Shown: positions 47,904-59,480 of the stretch, in pieces
How positions within the stretch are numbered: position 1 is the first letter of the stretch
How the letters are laid out: every line of letters begins with the position of its first letter
Origin: Utricularia gibba
Lineage: Eukaryota; Plantae; Magnoliophyta
Direction of reading: 5' to 3'
Length of the DNA stretch: 64,000 nt
Assembly (NCBI GenBank): GCA_002189035.1
Contig: NEEC01000013.1
Location: 1,178,001-1,242,000, forward strand
The notes under the pieces: model-generated
What the model was told of the DNA's origin: nothing
The model's input: only the letters and a program-made list of their open reading frames with translations
Database searches by the model: none
Program-made: the position numbers and the translations under genes

Positions 47904-49729
47904 TCAGAGTGCATAGATCCTCTTATCATCTGAGTTGTAGTCTTCTATGTCTGTGTATTGCCCTGAGTAGTTCCATGAGAAGGACTTACTACCGCTTGCT
48001 CTCTGGATTCGTCTCTCGTCTCTAAAGAACCCAAAATGTTGCCTGAAGACGAAATAGCACAGGCCAACAAGAGTTCCGATGATGATCGGACCACCCACAG
48101 CCGTTATGGTGATCGCCGCCCACAAGCTTTTCCGGCCAACAACAACGAAGGAGATGGAGAGAAAGGCTCCGCATGTGCTGATACAAGCAGCCCACATCAT
48201 CTTGTTCACCACAGAGACGACTTGTTTCTGCGCTGTCGTGTCCCAGGCAACTAGCGTGATCTGAACAACAACAACAGACAGAGATATGAACAGAGCCAAG
48301 GTGTTGAGGACGCAGAATATGTGGAAGGCAACTGCGTCTGCTACAACGGCTTCCCCTGCTCCTGCACCGGAGGTCACATACTGTCCAGGCAAGTTGAACA
48401 GCGCAACGAAAGCTATGGATGCCACCAGAACGGCTACCACAGTCACAGAGTTTATGGTGTTCTGGACAGCTTCTCTGTGAATCTTCTTGAGTTCCTTGGC
48501 GATTCTGGAAACCCGCCGTTGTGTTTCATCGTTCTGCTGCAGCTGGGACCGCACCTCATTCTTGATGTCGCTGACGGTCCTCTTGAGCTCCATGGCTTCA
48601 TCCACTCGGCCCACGTCTCTGGCATGCTTGGCACCAGCCTCTGTCAGAACTTCCTTGATAACCAGAGCAGAATCTCCGTACTGCAGAGTGTCTGCTATGT
48701 CCATTGCAGTCTCGTGCTGGTTGTTCAGGGCGTTGGCGTTGAAGGGTTTGTATGCAAGAAGGAGGCTCACTATCTGAAACAGAAGCAGCTCACATTCTTA
48801 CTGAATCCTCATACCAAAAGTTTGGATCTATCATCACAACTCAGTACCTGCGGGCGGCCTTTCCTGGTAGCTATGTGGAGAGCAGTATTCCCCTTCTTGT
48901 CACATTCGTTCAACACTGAAAAGTCAGCTTCCAGCAGTTCTTCAACAACCGCTATATCTTGACCTTTTGCAGCCATGTGAAGAGCTGTTTGGCCCTTCTT
49001 GTCCTTGATGGAAACTATCCCCGGATCCCTTCTGATAAGTTCTCTTGCCACACTCAACATGCCGTACCTCGCTGTTGTATGCAGCGCTGTTTTCCCGTTC
49101 TTCCGCACAATCCGAGCCGTGCTTGGATCGACATCCAGGATGGCGGTGACTACATCCAGGTGACTCTGCGCAGCAGCTGAATACAGAGGGCTGGTATTTG
49201 TAGAGTTGCAAACTCTGCAAAGCTCAGGCCACCGTCTCAGAAGCTCCTTCACAATGCCTGCAGTGAGAGATCAAGATAATCAGTCATCTTCTTCACGACT
49301 AGCTATCCATCTGTCTTCTTGTTTACTAGCAATCGGAGCTGCTTGATGACTTTCTATTTAGAGACAAGATCCTAGTCTACTACTACTGTGCAGATGAATC
49401 TTTAACAGAATTGGAAGGAGAAACGCACGGAGGTGTCCTCTGGAAGCAGCAACATGCAGAGCATCCATCTCTGATTTCGCCCTAATCTTCAGAATCTCCA
49501 GGTCACAGAAATTGATCAAGTACATGAAAGCATCAAAGGAATCATTCTCGGAGACTATGTAAAGAGCTGTTTCCTTGTCATCGTTCTGAAGACGCATCAA
49601 GGAAGATGGATCGGAGCCCTTGTTCTCCTCCATCAGATTCTTGATCATCTCCACATCACCAGACCGTACGCTTGAGAAAAACGATTGACGAGTAATGAAA
49701 CTCAAGGACCTCGTTGTCTCCATCATCAT
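47904..49729 (-). CDS. Ankyrin-repeat protein with C-terminal PGG/transmembrane domain (3 exons)
   Basis: QSFFSSVRSGD, KNGKTALHTTARYG, DKKGQTALHMAAKG, HREAVQNTINSVTVVAVLVASIAF..NLPGQY, followed by four hydrophobic segments. Confidence 0.94.
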
Positions 49730-50219
49730 CTTCTTCTTCTTCTTCACTCAGAAAGAAGATAAAAATTCAATCTTTGCTTCTGGGTTCACTGAAAAAAGGG
49801 TTTTTGGATGAGGGGAAGTGGAAGGAAAAAGGCCGAAAGCAAAACCCAGAAAGAAGAAAAGCGACTGGGAACCATCAGAGAAAAAAAGCAGCTTGGTTTG
49901 TGTGTGTGTGAAGATGATAGAGTTGTGGTGTTCTGTCAGAGTAGCGCTGAATTTTGTGTTGGATAGATGCGACTGAAAATAGTAAAATATTTGGTTGTTG
50001 TTGCGCATTAAATGCCAGTCCTCTCCACGTTTTAAATTATTATATTGTGCATGATGAACTAATAATTACTTTTCACCTTTTGTGATAGGGAAAGGGTATG
50101 AATCTGCAATTTATGGAAAGGAGATCTCAGAAAAAGTTCAGTGTTTTACATGGCACTTAAAACAACAAGCTCATGATGGTGACAGCAATGGGTGGAAAGT
50201 GGCAATCTCTCAGCTTCAG

Positions 50220-51515
50220 TCAGTGATGAACGAGTATGGAGATGACAGACTCTTGGTTTGGGAACAGAGGAATGAGTGTGGACCTCTCGGCAAGCTCGAA
50301 GTCTTCGAACTGGAAGGCTGGGGCACAAGTGCATCCAACAAGGGAAAAGTGTTGTTCGGGATCACTCGACTCCCTTCTTGTAACCACACCTTCCTGTGAA
50401 ATCTCGATATCCTTACTTGGGAATGCACCAAACCAAACATATGGTGGCACTGTGTGCTGCATCACTTGATTTCCAAGAATGTCTGAGCCCAGGCATGTCG
50501 TTTTGACACTTCCATCGATCTCGTTCAGCTCTATCACCTGTGGTGTGGAAAGATGAAGCGGTGAATCGCTTCCAAACACATTACATCTGTGAGTCAAATG
50601 CGATTAGAGGAGGATGAGATACCGTCAAGGGCTCTCCTGCATAGAAATGCCAGACCTCTGCGCATGGGATGCGATGAAGATGAGAAACACTTCCTGAAGG
50701 CAGCAAGAAGTATATGCTCGTGCTCACTGGTCTGTCGGCCTTATCTGCATTGGATTCCAGAGCAGTCAAATTATATAAACTAATTCCAGTTAACAGAGAG
50801 GACTGCAGATGAACGGAGCATTAACAATGATTCCCATAGTTCTTGTGAACCATCTTCTCTTTAACTGTGGAGTATAACTAGAGGAATGTGGAATTACAGG
50901 ATCATCTTATTGTTACTTTGCGCACACACTGTGTTCACGACATAATTACAGTATCCTTCACTTCTATATAGACATAGTTTTACTACATCCAGTGTATTGA
51001 AAGAGTTCACTTAGTAAACAAGACCCACATTCCACAAAATGAAATCAAATTTAATGCATTAAACTACTTGGGATACTAACTCCATAATAGGGCCCCAAGA
51101 GTAAATCTATTAAGAATACCAGGTGGGAAACTTCAAGATCCTATCTTTTTTCAGATCTAAGTGATCACTAAGGTATTGTCCAGGAATTTAAAAAATGGGT
51201 ATAGTAAAGCTTCAACAATTCAGCAATTAACACAGACAACGGAGCAAAATGATCCAGCAACAAGCAATTGCAACATGAAAAGATGGCATTTTAGGGATAT
51301 AGAAGAATGAGAAGTTTCAGAAGCCATCAAGATCCACAATCAAAGCTTGAAGTTAAAGTTCACCGGAACAGGATCTTACATTGAGGGGGGAGATGGGAAG
51401 TGGAGAGGATAACAGAGTTGTCTCTGAATGTTTCAGAGAAAAATCCACCTTCTGGATGGGCTTTCAGATTCAACTTATCAATAATTTCTGATGCAGTCGC
51501 CGCTCTTGATGCCAT
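50220..51515 (-). CDS. RmlC-like cupin, DUF985 (cupin_5) family (3 exons)
   Basis: MASRAATASEIIDKLNLKAHPEGGFFSETFRD, STSIYFLL..SHLHRIPCAEVWHFYAGEPL and FSLVGCTCAPAFQFEDFELA. Confidence 0.93.
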
Positions 51516-52061
51516 TTTCTTCGATTCCCAAATCCCCAAGATAACGAACCACTTCGGATGTAAAATGTGCAGGGCAAATGAAAATTCCTAAAAACTGTAA
51601 CCGAAGCACGTGTACGTTTTAATAAGACGTGTCCCTTCGCCAAAGAGCGATGTCCAAACCGATGCAATGGATCAGTTTCTTTCTTCAAACTTCTGTTGCT
51701 CATGGCCACTGGAACTGCATCACATTTTTCCGGTTTGTTGATTGATTACATGATCTTCTTCGTTTTCCAACGTTTCTTTCTACAGTTAGCTGTGAAGACT
51801 GTTTGCTTGAATTTTATTTGGAGGCAGGGTGACGGGGGTAGTTGCATCAGAAGAGCCCCGTGAAATAGAAGTGGAGACGAATGAAAAAGAACTTAGATGA
51901 GGAAAAAGATGATGGAGAAATATTGGTCAACAAGGTTGGATTGGGAACTTCCAATCTGAAGAATGCTCTGGAATATATTTCATTTCGCAATCTTTCAGAT
52001 AGTTCTTATTATTTCTGACTTGTGCTGCTCACATTTTGGCAGCAACTCATCAAAAGAAGAC

Positions 52062-53900
52062 ATGGCATTCCCCTTGTTGATCTATCAAAACATCTATGGT
52101 GAAGTTCACGTGCCAGGAACTATCATTGCAGGGTCTCTTGTTGCTGTAGCAGTGGCTCTATCGCTCTTCCTGACTTGCCAACATCTTAGATGCTACACTA
52201 AACCTTCGGTCAGTCATTGAAATTTGTAGCTTCTTTGTTTAAATCATAGAGTTTTCCTGAAATGTGCAAGCTGGAATACGCCTCAGCTCAATATATTCAG
52301 CCTTTCATATGCCTTTGTTTTTCTGCTTTTCATTAACCAGGAGCAGAAATGGATTGTGGCGGTTATATTTATGGTTCCAGTTTATGCAATCGAATCAGTT
52401 AAGTATAATTTGTTGATCATACTGATTAACTGTTTAGTCCAGAAGATTATCTGGTAATGGAGATTTCATTCAAAAGTTTGTTTTCCTATTCTTCACCAGA
52501 TATTGTCATTGTTGAAACCAGACTTATCTCTTGCTTGTGATATATTGAGAAACTGCTATGAAGCATTTGCCTTGTATTCCTTCGGGAGCTACCTGATTGC
52601 ATGCCTTGGTAAGATTTTCTTATTCTTAACATTGCCTTCTGTTGAGTTTATATGGATTCAGTGAAACTGCTACTTGTTTAGGGGGTGAAGCAGAGGTTGA
52701 AGAGCTGCTTGAAGATCAAGGGAAGGATCAGATTACCAAGCCACTGCTAGAGGGCAAGATACCTCCAGAAGAGAAAACATTCCACAACTTCATATTCAAA
52801 CCATGTAGGCTTGGAAAAGACTTGTTCCCCATAATAAGATTTGGCCTAGTTCAATACGTAATACCCCTTTCTTGGTCTGTGCTTTTTCACATCCTTTGTC
52901 TCATATCATGACAATAAATGTTTGCATTTCTTCACAGATGATCCTAAAGACATTATGTGCATTCTTAGCTTTCATCCTCGAGATCTCCGGTGTTTATGGC
53001 GACGGACAGTTCAAGTGGTACTATGGGTATGAACAATATACTCTCCTCAACATGTGAAGGAATTCCCATGGATCCTTTTACAGTCTCAGCATCATTGCAG
53101 GTACCCCTACATTACCATAGTTCTGAACTTCAGCCAGATGTGGGCATTGTATTGCCTGGTTCAGTTTTACAATGTGATGCATCGGAGACTCGAACCAATC
53201 AAACCTCTTGCGAAGTTCATCAGCTTCAAGGCCATTGTATTTGCAACATGGTGGCAGGGAGTAGGCATTGCTCTACTGTCCCAGTTTAAAGTCCTCCCAA
53301 ATGAAGAAAGACTGCAGACTGGACTGCAGGACTTCCTCATCTGCATCGAGGTGAGAATCAGACCATCTTTGTGCCCTCTGCTAATGATCAGATCTTTTCT
53401 GAAACCTTGGAAGCTCATGGTTTCGGTGTGAGCAGATGGCGATCGCAGCAGTTGCTCACATTTACGTCTTTTCGGTGGAGAGGTACCATTTCTTGCCAGC
53501 ATCCAACATCGGCAAGATCATCACTGAAGAGACAACGGCTGTGGTTGAAGAGGAAGGCGAGCAGCCCACCGTCGTTGATAAGAAGGAAGCAACGATCGAA
53601 GCACCCGGGACGAGTGTGAAAGAAAGCGTGGAGGATATCGTAGTCAGAGGAGGCCAAAAGGTAATGACTTTCACATACATGATGGCTCAGGTGTCCGTTT
53701 TCCGATTGATCAAGAGGTTGGGTTCTCTGGCTCAGGTGGTTCAGGACGTGGTGTTGACGATAAACCAGGCGATAGAGCCTGTGCAGGAGGGGGTGACCAA
53801 GATTCAGGAGAAGATTCATAAGATAACAGTCGCCGGAGATGATCAAGAGGAGCCGGAGGTGACGCTGGAGGCGCATCAACGCAAGACCATATCACCGTAG
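52062..53900 (+). CDS. LAZ1-homolog / DUF300 (TMEM184/OST-alpha-like) membrane protein
   Basis: QHLRCYTKPSEQKWIVAVIFMVPVYAIES, CDILRNCYEAFALYSF, SQMWALYCLVQFY, PLAKFISFKAIVFATWWQG and LQDFLICIEMAIAAVAH. Confidence 0.93.
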
Positions 53901-54273
53901 AAGATGAAACAGGATGAGATTTTGAATGCGTTTAATTGTTTTTTTAATAAAATGTTTAATTAGGATCAACTAAACCCTAATCGGATTGAAAAAAAAAATG
54001 TCAATAAAACCAGGGATTAAAAAACAAAATAATAATAAATCAGGGATTAAAATGTGATTAGTGGAAGTTTTTTCATTTGTTCCGCTGGTTGGGAATTTTT
54101 TATGCTGCTCTCTAGTGAAGAGCCCTGGTAAAAGTAGGCTTATTCGTCTTCCCCGGCGTCCAACACTTTGCCGGCGCCGACGTCTGGAATTTGTTGGAAT
54201 TCTCGATGGGGATTGCGTCTCTCTCCTGGAGTAATCGATGAACTCAGGTGAAGGTTCCTATGTCGACAGAATT

Positions 54274-56982
54274 ATGTTTGCACTTAGATATGCCAAGCAG
54301 GTCCGAGCCTTACACTCCACATTTTACGGCGGAGCTTCCTATGGCTGTAATTCTGTTGCTTCTCTATGCACGTGTGCCTCAGCATCGCAGTTTTCATCGT
54401 TCAACTCCGTTTACCCTTTCTTCTCTTCTTCGTCATCGGAAGCCGTCGATGGTTCGCAAGGATTTCAATCGGAGGCGGCGCGGGATGCTATAATCAACTG
54501 CTTCAAGAGATGGTTTATGTCGAGAAAGAATCCCCTTTTCGAGCGAATTTTCGATATTCTGCGTACTCAGGAGGACGCTGCTGCGAATTTAGCGCTTTCG
54601 CAGATGGATTTTGAGCTCAATGAGACTTTGGTACTTGATGTGCTGAATTACGACAAAAATGATATACTTTCTTGCTTGAAGTTCTTCGACTGGGCGGGCC
54701 GACGGCCAGGTTTTCACCACACTAGAGCAACATTCCATGCCATTTTTGGCATAATATCTAAAGCCAAGACGAATTTGATGATGGAATTCTTGCAAAATTA
54801 TGAAAACCGGAGATATCTACATAAGGTTAGATATCATAATATACTAGTCATGGGTTATGCAGTGGCTGGAAAAACCGAGATTGCACTGCAGCTTCTTGGT
54901 CAAATGCGGTATAGAGGTATGGACTTGGATCAGGTTTCATACCAGGTTCTTATGAATTCACTTGTTGAGCAGGGTTCATATGGTGTGGTGGATACCTTGG
55001 CTAAGCATGTCAAAGATCGAGGATTTCAGAATGAGATGACACATGCCATCATGGTAAAGAATTTCTGTAAGCAAAAGGATTTTGTAAGGGGTGAAAAGTA
55101 TTTGCGATCTCTTGTTAGGGAAGGTGATTTTCGAATTAGTGGCGCTGTTGGAACCCTTGTAGATGCCTTGTGTAAGGATAATCAATTCCAAAGAGCTGCA
55201 GGATTACTTCAGGAGTTCCGAAACATTGTTTCCACATCAATGCCCCGAGCCTATGGTGTGTTAATAGGAAATCTTGTCAAGGTTGGAGAATTGGATAGTG
55301 CATTAGATTTTCTTTATGATAAGCGAGCAGTAGATGGGTATGTTCCAGATATCATTCGGTATAACATGCTGGTATACAGGCTTTTGAGGGAGAATAGAAC
55401 GGCTGAGGTTTATGATTTGTTGGTGGATATGGAAGAAAGTCATGTGTTGCCAGATAATACTACCATGAATGCAATCCTTTGCTTTTTATGCAAGGTCGGA
55501 ATGATGGACATCGCCCTGCACTTGTATGAATCAGGGGCAGATTATGGTCTTTCTGTTAATTTTATGGCTTATAATTACCTTATAAATGCACTAGCTAGGG
55601 ATGTCAAGGTTGACGTAGCATGTCAAGTGCTGAGAAATTCCATAGAACATGGTTTCCTACCCGGGGATGAGACCCTGTCCATGATCTTCGATGCCCTAAA
55701 CAGAGAAGGAAAACTTGACGAGATGATAGAAATGGTTCGGCTAACAGAAGGTCAACAGAAAAATATTAGGATCAGTAACTCGAGTTATGACAAGTTCATA
55801 TCAGCTCTTTGTATGAACAGCAGAGTGCTTGAAGGGTATTTCATGCATGTACTGCTCAACAGACCAAATAAAAAACCTCAGAGGAGGACATACATGGACC
55901 TGATAAGTGGTTTAAGCCAGTCAAGTAGAGGAGATATTGCTGCCGAACTCTTCATTGAAATGCAAAGAAAGGGTTACAGACCAACCCAAAACTTGGTAAG
56001 AAAGGTGATAAGTGGCATTTGTGAAACTAGTAACGCAGAGGATCGGTTTTTCAAGTTATTCGAGATGCAGCTTGGTCAATGTCGATCATCCTTTACATAT
56101 GATGCCTTCATTGATGGAGCTGGTCATGCAGGAAAACATGACCTGGCTCGTCAGGTATATCAAAGGATGATTAGCAGTGGTATTGAACCAAATTTGAGAA
56201 CCAACATGCTTCTTCTGCGGAGTTACATAAAATGTGGAAAGATTCAGCATGCCACAGATTTTTTCATTGCTTTGTTACAGAAGTGGCCTAAAAAAAGTTT
56301 ATGGGTCACCATGATTGTTGGTCTATCCAAAGCCAAAAAACTGGGGAGAGCTTTACGGATGCTCGACTATATGATGTCAAATAATATGATTCCAAGTGTA
56401 GAATGCTTTGAGCAAGTCATAATGGGATTGTGTAGTCGTGGTCTCTATGGGTTAGCTATACGTCTGCTCAATGACATGACAAAACATGGCCGTCCAATCT
56501 CTTCCTTTGTTGGGAACACATTTCTGTGTCATGCTCTAAGAACTAAGAGCGTGCACTTTATATTGGCGGATTTAGACAAGAAGAGAATGCTGACTCCTGC
56601 CTGCTCCAAGTTGGGCGATGCAGTAGGTGCGTTATGTGGTGCTATTGAGGAAGACTTTGTGGAACAGTTATTGAGTCTGCTTGGGGAAATCTATAACATA
56701 GATATCTACACTAACAACATTCTGTTGAGGAGAATAGGAATGAGCGGAATTGATCGAGCAGTTGAGTATTTTCATAGGTTGCAAGACGATGGCTACAAGC
56801 CAAACAGATGGACGTACGATATAATCGTCCATGGATTGAGTAAAGAGGGACGGTACGAGGAAGCAACAGTCTGGCGGGAGAAGATGCACAGCAAAGGTTT
56901 TGAACTCACTGAAGGGACCTTTCTGAAATACCAGGCAAGCCACTCTCTTTCCGAATCTGTGGTGCAGAATGAAGGATTGTGA
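54274..56982 (+). CDS. P-class pentatricopeptide repeat protein, intronless, probably organellar
   Basis: 914-aa ORF of degenerate 35-aa helical repeats (e.g. YNMLVYRLLRENRT, YNYLINALAR, TYDIIVHGLSKEGR) and CLKFFDWAGRRPGFHHTRATF. The second Met (MFALRYAK) is the likely start. Confidence 0.92.
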   Translation: MFALRYAKQVRALHSTFYGGASYGCNSVASLCTCASASQFSSFNSVYPFFSSSSSEAVDGSQGFQSEAARDAIINCFKRWFMSRKNPLFERIFDILRTQEDAAANLALSQMDFELNETLVLDVLNYDKNDILSCLKFFDWAGRRPGFHHTRATFHAIFGIISKAKTNLMMEFLQNYENRRYLHKVRYHNILVMGYAVAGKTEIALQLLGQMRYRGMDLDQVSYQVLMNSLVEQGSYGVVDTLAKHVKDRGFQNEMTHAIMVKNFCKQKDFVRGEKYLRSLVREGDFRISGAVGTLVDALCKDNQFQRAAGLLQEFRNIVSTSMPRAYGVLIGNLVKVGELDSALDFLYDKRAVDGYVPDIIRYNMLVYRLLRENRTAEVYDLLVDMEESHVLPDNTTMNAILCFLCKVGMMDIALHLYESGADYGLSVNFMAYNYLINALARDVKVDVACQVLRNSIEHGFLPGDETLSMIFDALNREGKLDEMIEMVRLTEGQQKNIRISNSSYDKFISALCMNSRVLEGYFMHVLLNRPNKKPQRRTYMDLISGLSQSSRGDIAAELFIEMQRKGYRPTQNLVRKVISGICETSNAEDRFFKLFEMQLGQCRSSFTYDAFIDGAGHAGKHDLARQVYQRMISSGIEPNLRTNMLLLRSYIKCGKIQHATDFFIALLQKWPKKSLWVTMIVGLSKAKKLGRALRMLDYMMSNNMIPSVECFEQVIMGLCSRGLYGLAIRLLNDMTKHGRPISSFVGNTFLCHALRTKSVHFILADLDKKRMLTPACSKLGDAVGALCGAIEEDFVEQLLSLLGEIYNIDIYTNNILLRRIGMSGIDRAVEYFHRLQDDGYKPNRWTYDIIVHGLSKEGRYEEATVWREKMHSKGFELTEGTFLKYQASHSLSESVVQNEGL

Positions 56983-57498
56983 GGAACCTGATTATTTATA
57001 TTCTTACGTGGATCAAGTCTTTTTTTATGAATGTGTACTCTTTCTTTGGCTAAATGGAAAGAAAGTGATCATTGTTTCATGTAACTTCTCTGTGTTCTAG
57101 TTTCTTCATACTGCACTTTGCTTACTAATAACCTGTTCTGATGCATACTCATGGACCTTCTGTTTGCCATCAAAACTGGATCTCTTTGAGAATATACTGT
57201 ACAGATACTGTACTTGAGAGTTCTAAGCAAAACTTCACATGTTAAAGTTTCTGAAGATTGGATTATAGATTTCTCATGAGAATTTGCATTTTTGTCATAA
57301 AATCATGATATAAGGAGCTCTATCCACCCATTTACAATACATGAATGACAGCTAAAAAAAACACGAAGCAACATAGTGAAGATAGAAGTTCGTAAGCATC
57401 CGTTTTAGAGAATACAAGATTGTTTTTGCCTTCATATTCTTTGGATACTGTGCACATCTGGTGAACTTCTTGTCAACCGAGATGAATGACTGATATAT

Positions 57499-59480
57499 CT
57501 AGAGCTGCGCAAACAAAATTTCATTCCATGTATCAGGAACACCAGGTAAGCACCAGTGCAAGCAATCCTGGACACCAGGAGAGGCTTTGATGCTGTAGCG
57601 GGATATATGGCCCTCATCTCGCAGTTCTGATAGACCGGTGATGTCAAGAAGCTTAATTCTTGTTCCCCTCACTGCAGCTGATGCAACAGGATCACTAGAT
57701 TCATCTTTCACAATTTCCTTTCCGCCAGAGAGAGGGGTTGTGTTGTCACAAGTACCTCCGGTATTCCACTCCCCGTTGAAAAAATGTCGGGGTGAGATAG
57801 ACCTAAGGAACACTTTCAGATCAGGGTATAAGGGGAGCTGTGAATCCATCCATCTGACAATACTGTGAATGGTGAAGTTCTTGGCACCCCCATGTCTGCA
57901 ATCCTCCTGTTAGTGTTTGGGACACCGCCAACATGCATGATCCATTTGTTGGCATTGAGTTTTCCCCTGTTCCAGTGATGCCCTGTATTCAGGACCACAA
58001 CATCGAATTTGTGAAGAAATTGCTGCAGAAATGCTGGGGGCCGATCAAGATGCATTGCAAATGCAGTGGTCGGGCTTGATGCATTAATAGGCTCCAAATC
58101 GCAGAGACTTGCAGACCAACGGTAAAGAATTGTTGTGTTAGTTCTGGTAAATCGATAAGCCCATCCATCAGGTCTTGTTGCAAAGTGAGCTCTTACGAGT
58201 CCATAATCAGACCCAACGTCCACAATTTCAAGTTTGTCTTCCCCACCAGTCACCATGCACATGAGAGACTGAAACTGCTGTCGACCCAGTGAATCCCCAA
58301 CAATAGCCAAAGTCTTGTCACGCATTCTACAGCCCATTCAAGGTGCACATGTAACTAATGTGAGTAAGGGAGGAGACGCTGAATGCATTAGGTAATTTTG
58401 TGTTCAAGCAAGAAATAATATGATGTACCTCTCCAGGAACTTGGAACCTGAAAAGTTTTCCATTTCACAATCTTTGGGTTGCCACCGAAGTTTCTCATAT
58501 TCAAAATCTGTGCGTTGGGTCAGACGACAAGCCCACATAGTTGACAACCATCGCTTACATCCAAAGCCAGAGTACAGTGGGCGGCTATCATCATATATCC
58601 ATTTACCCCTGGCATAATTACAATCTGAAACCAGATAGATTAGGCACTAGAGATGGTTATTGATTCTGAAAATGCCTTGCAACTAAATCAATAACAACTA
58701 AGTTCTAAGGAGGGCAACAGTAATAGGGAAAGCACAAATCTATGTTTCTACTTTTAGCAGCATAACAATATAAGCTAGTGTTGAGAAGCAATAACTGACT
58801 CTTGATGAATTGGATTACATTATTGCAGAAAATATACCTTTATATCTTATGTAAGTAGATATGCTTCTTGCTCCCTCACTTATATCTAATGACTTGGCAA
58901 AATTCTTCTTTTCAGATTCTGCCTGTTTCAATTTAGTTTCTCCACTGGGGAATTCAGCTACTTTTGTTCTAAGAGAACCAGGACCATCTGAATCAACCCA
59001 AGATGCAACAAAAAATTTATACATAGAGATCTTGTAGATAATAAGAGGTACATAAGGATCAGCAGATAAATTCCATAAAGAATGTAACCTTTGTTTCCTT
59101 CTGAAGATGATAAATTCTGTGCTTCCTCTCTTGTAAGATGAGCTTCTACTTTTATAAAATTATTTGAAAAATGCACCAGTGGTTCAGATTCCTTTCTTTC
59201 TTCAGAGAAGCTACCAGCTACTCAGAGATTGAAGAATAATCAAATTGTCAGCCCCTCATAGTTAACCAAGACAAAGAGCGACTTTCAATCTTATTCTCGC
59301 AAGGATAGGATTATGTAGAGGCAAACCTGAGTCTCCTTGGATGACGAAACTCTGATTTGGGATGAAAGATGTCAGGATCGTGGTCTTTGTCCATGCGAAA
59401 GCAAGCACACTGGCACATACTAACCAGATGAGGATTAGGGAGAGTTGAGAACCCTTAAGCGCTTGACTGCCTGATTTCAT
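57499..59480 (-). CDS. TBL: Trichome birefringence-like O-acetyltransferase (TBL14/16 type); -1 frameshift at 57887-57891
   Basis: N-terminal [10 protein letters not shown]..., [12 protein letters not shown] (GDS) and [15 protein letters not shown] (DxxH). One added G restores [21 protein letters not shown]. Confidence 0.93.

Noticed and set aside
8704-57891. Programmed ribosomal frameshifting or transcriptional slippage as a shared expression mechanism
   Set aside because: The genes are unrelated, no slippery heptamers or stimulatory structures are evident, and every lesion is a -1 in a homopolymer. Sequencing error is far more parsimonious.
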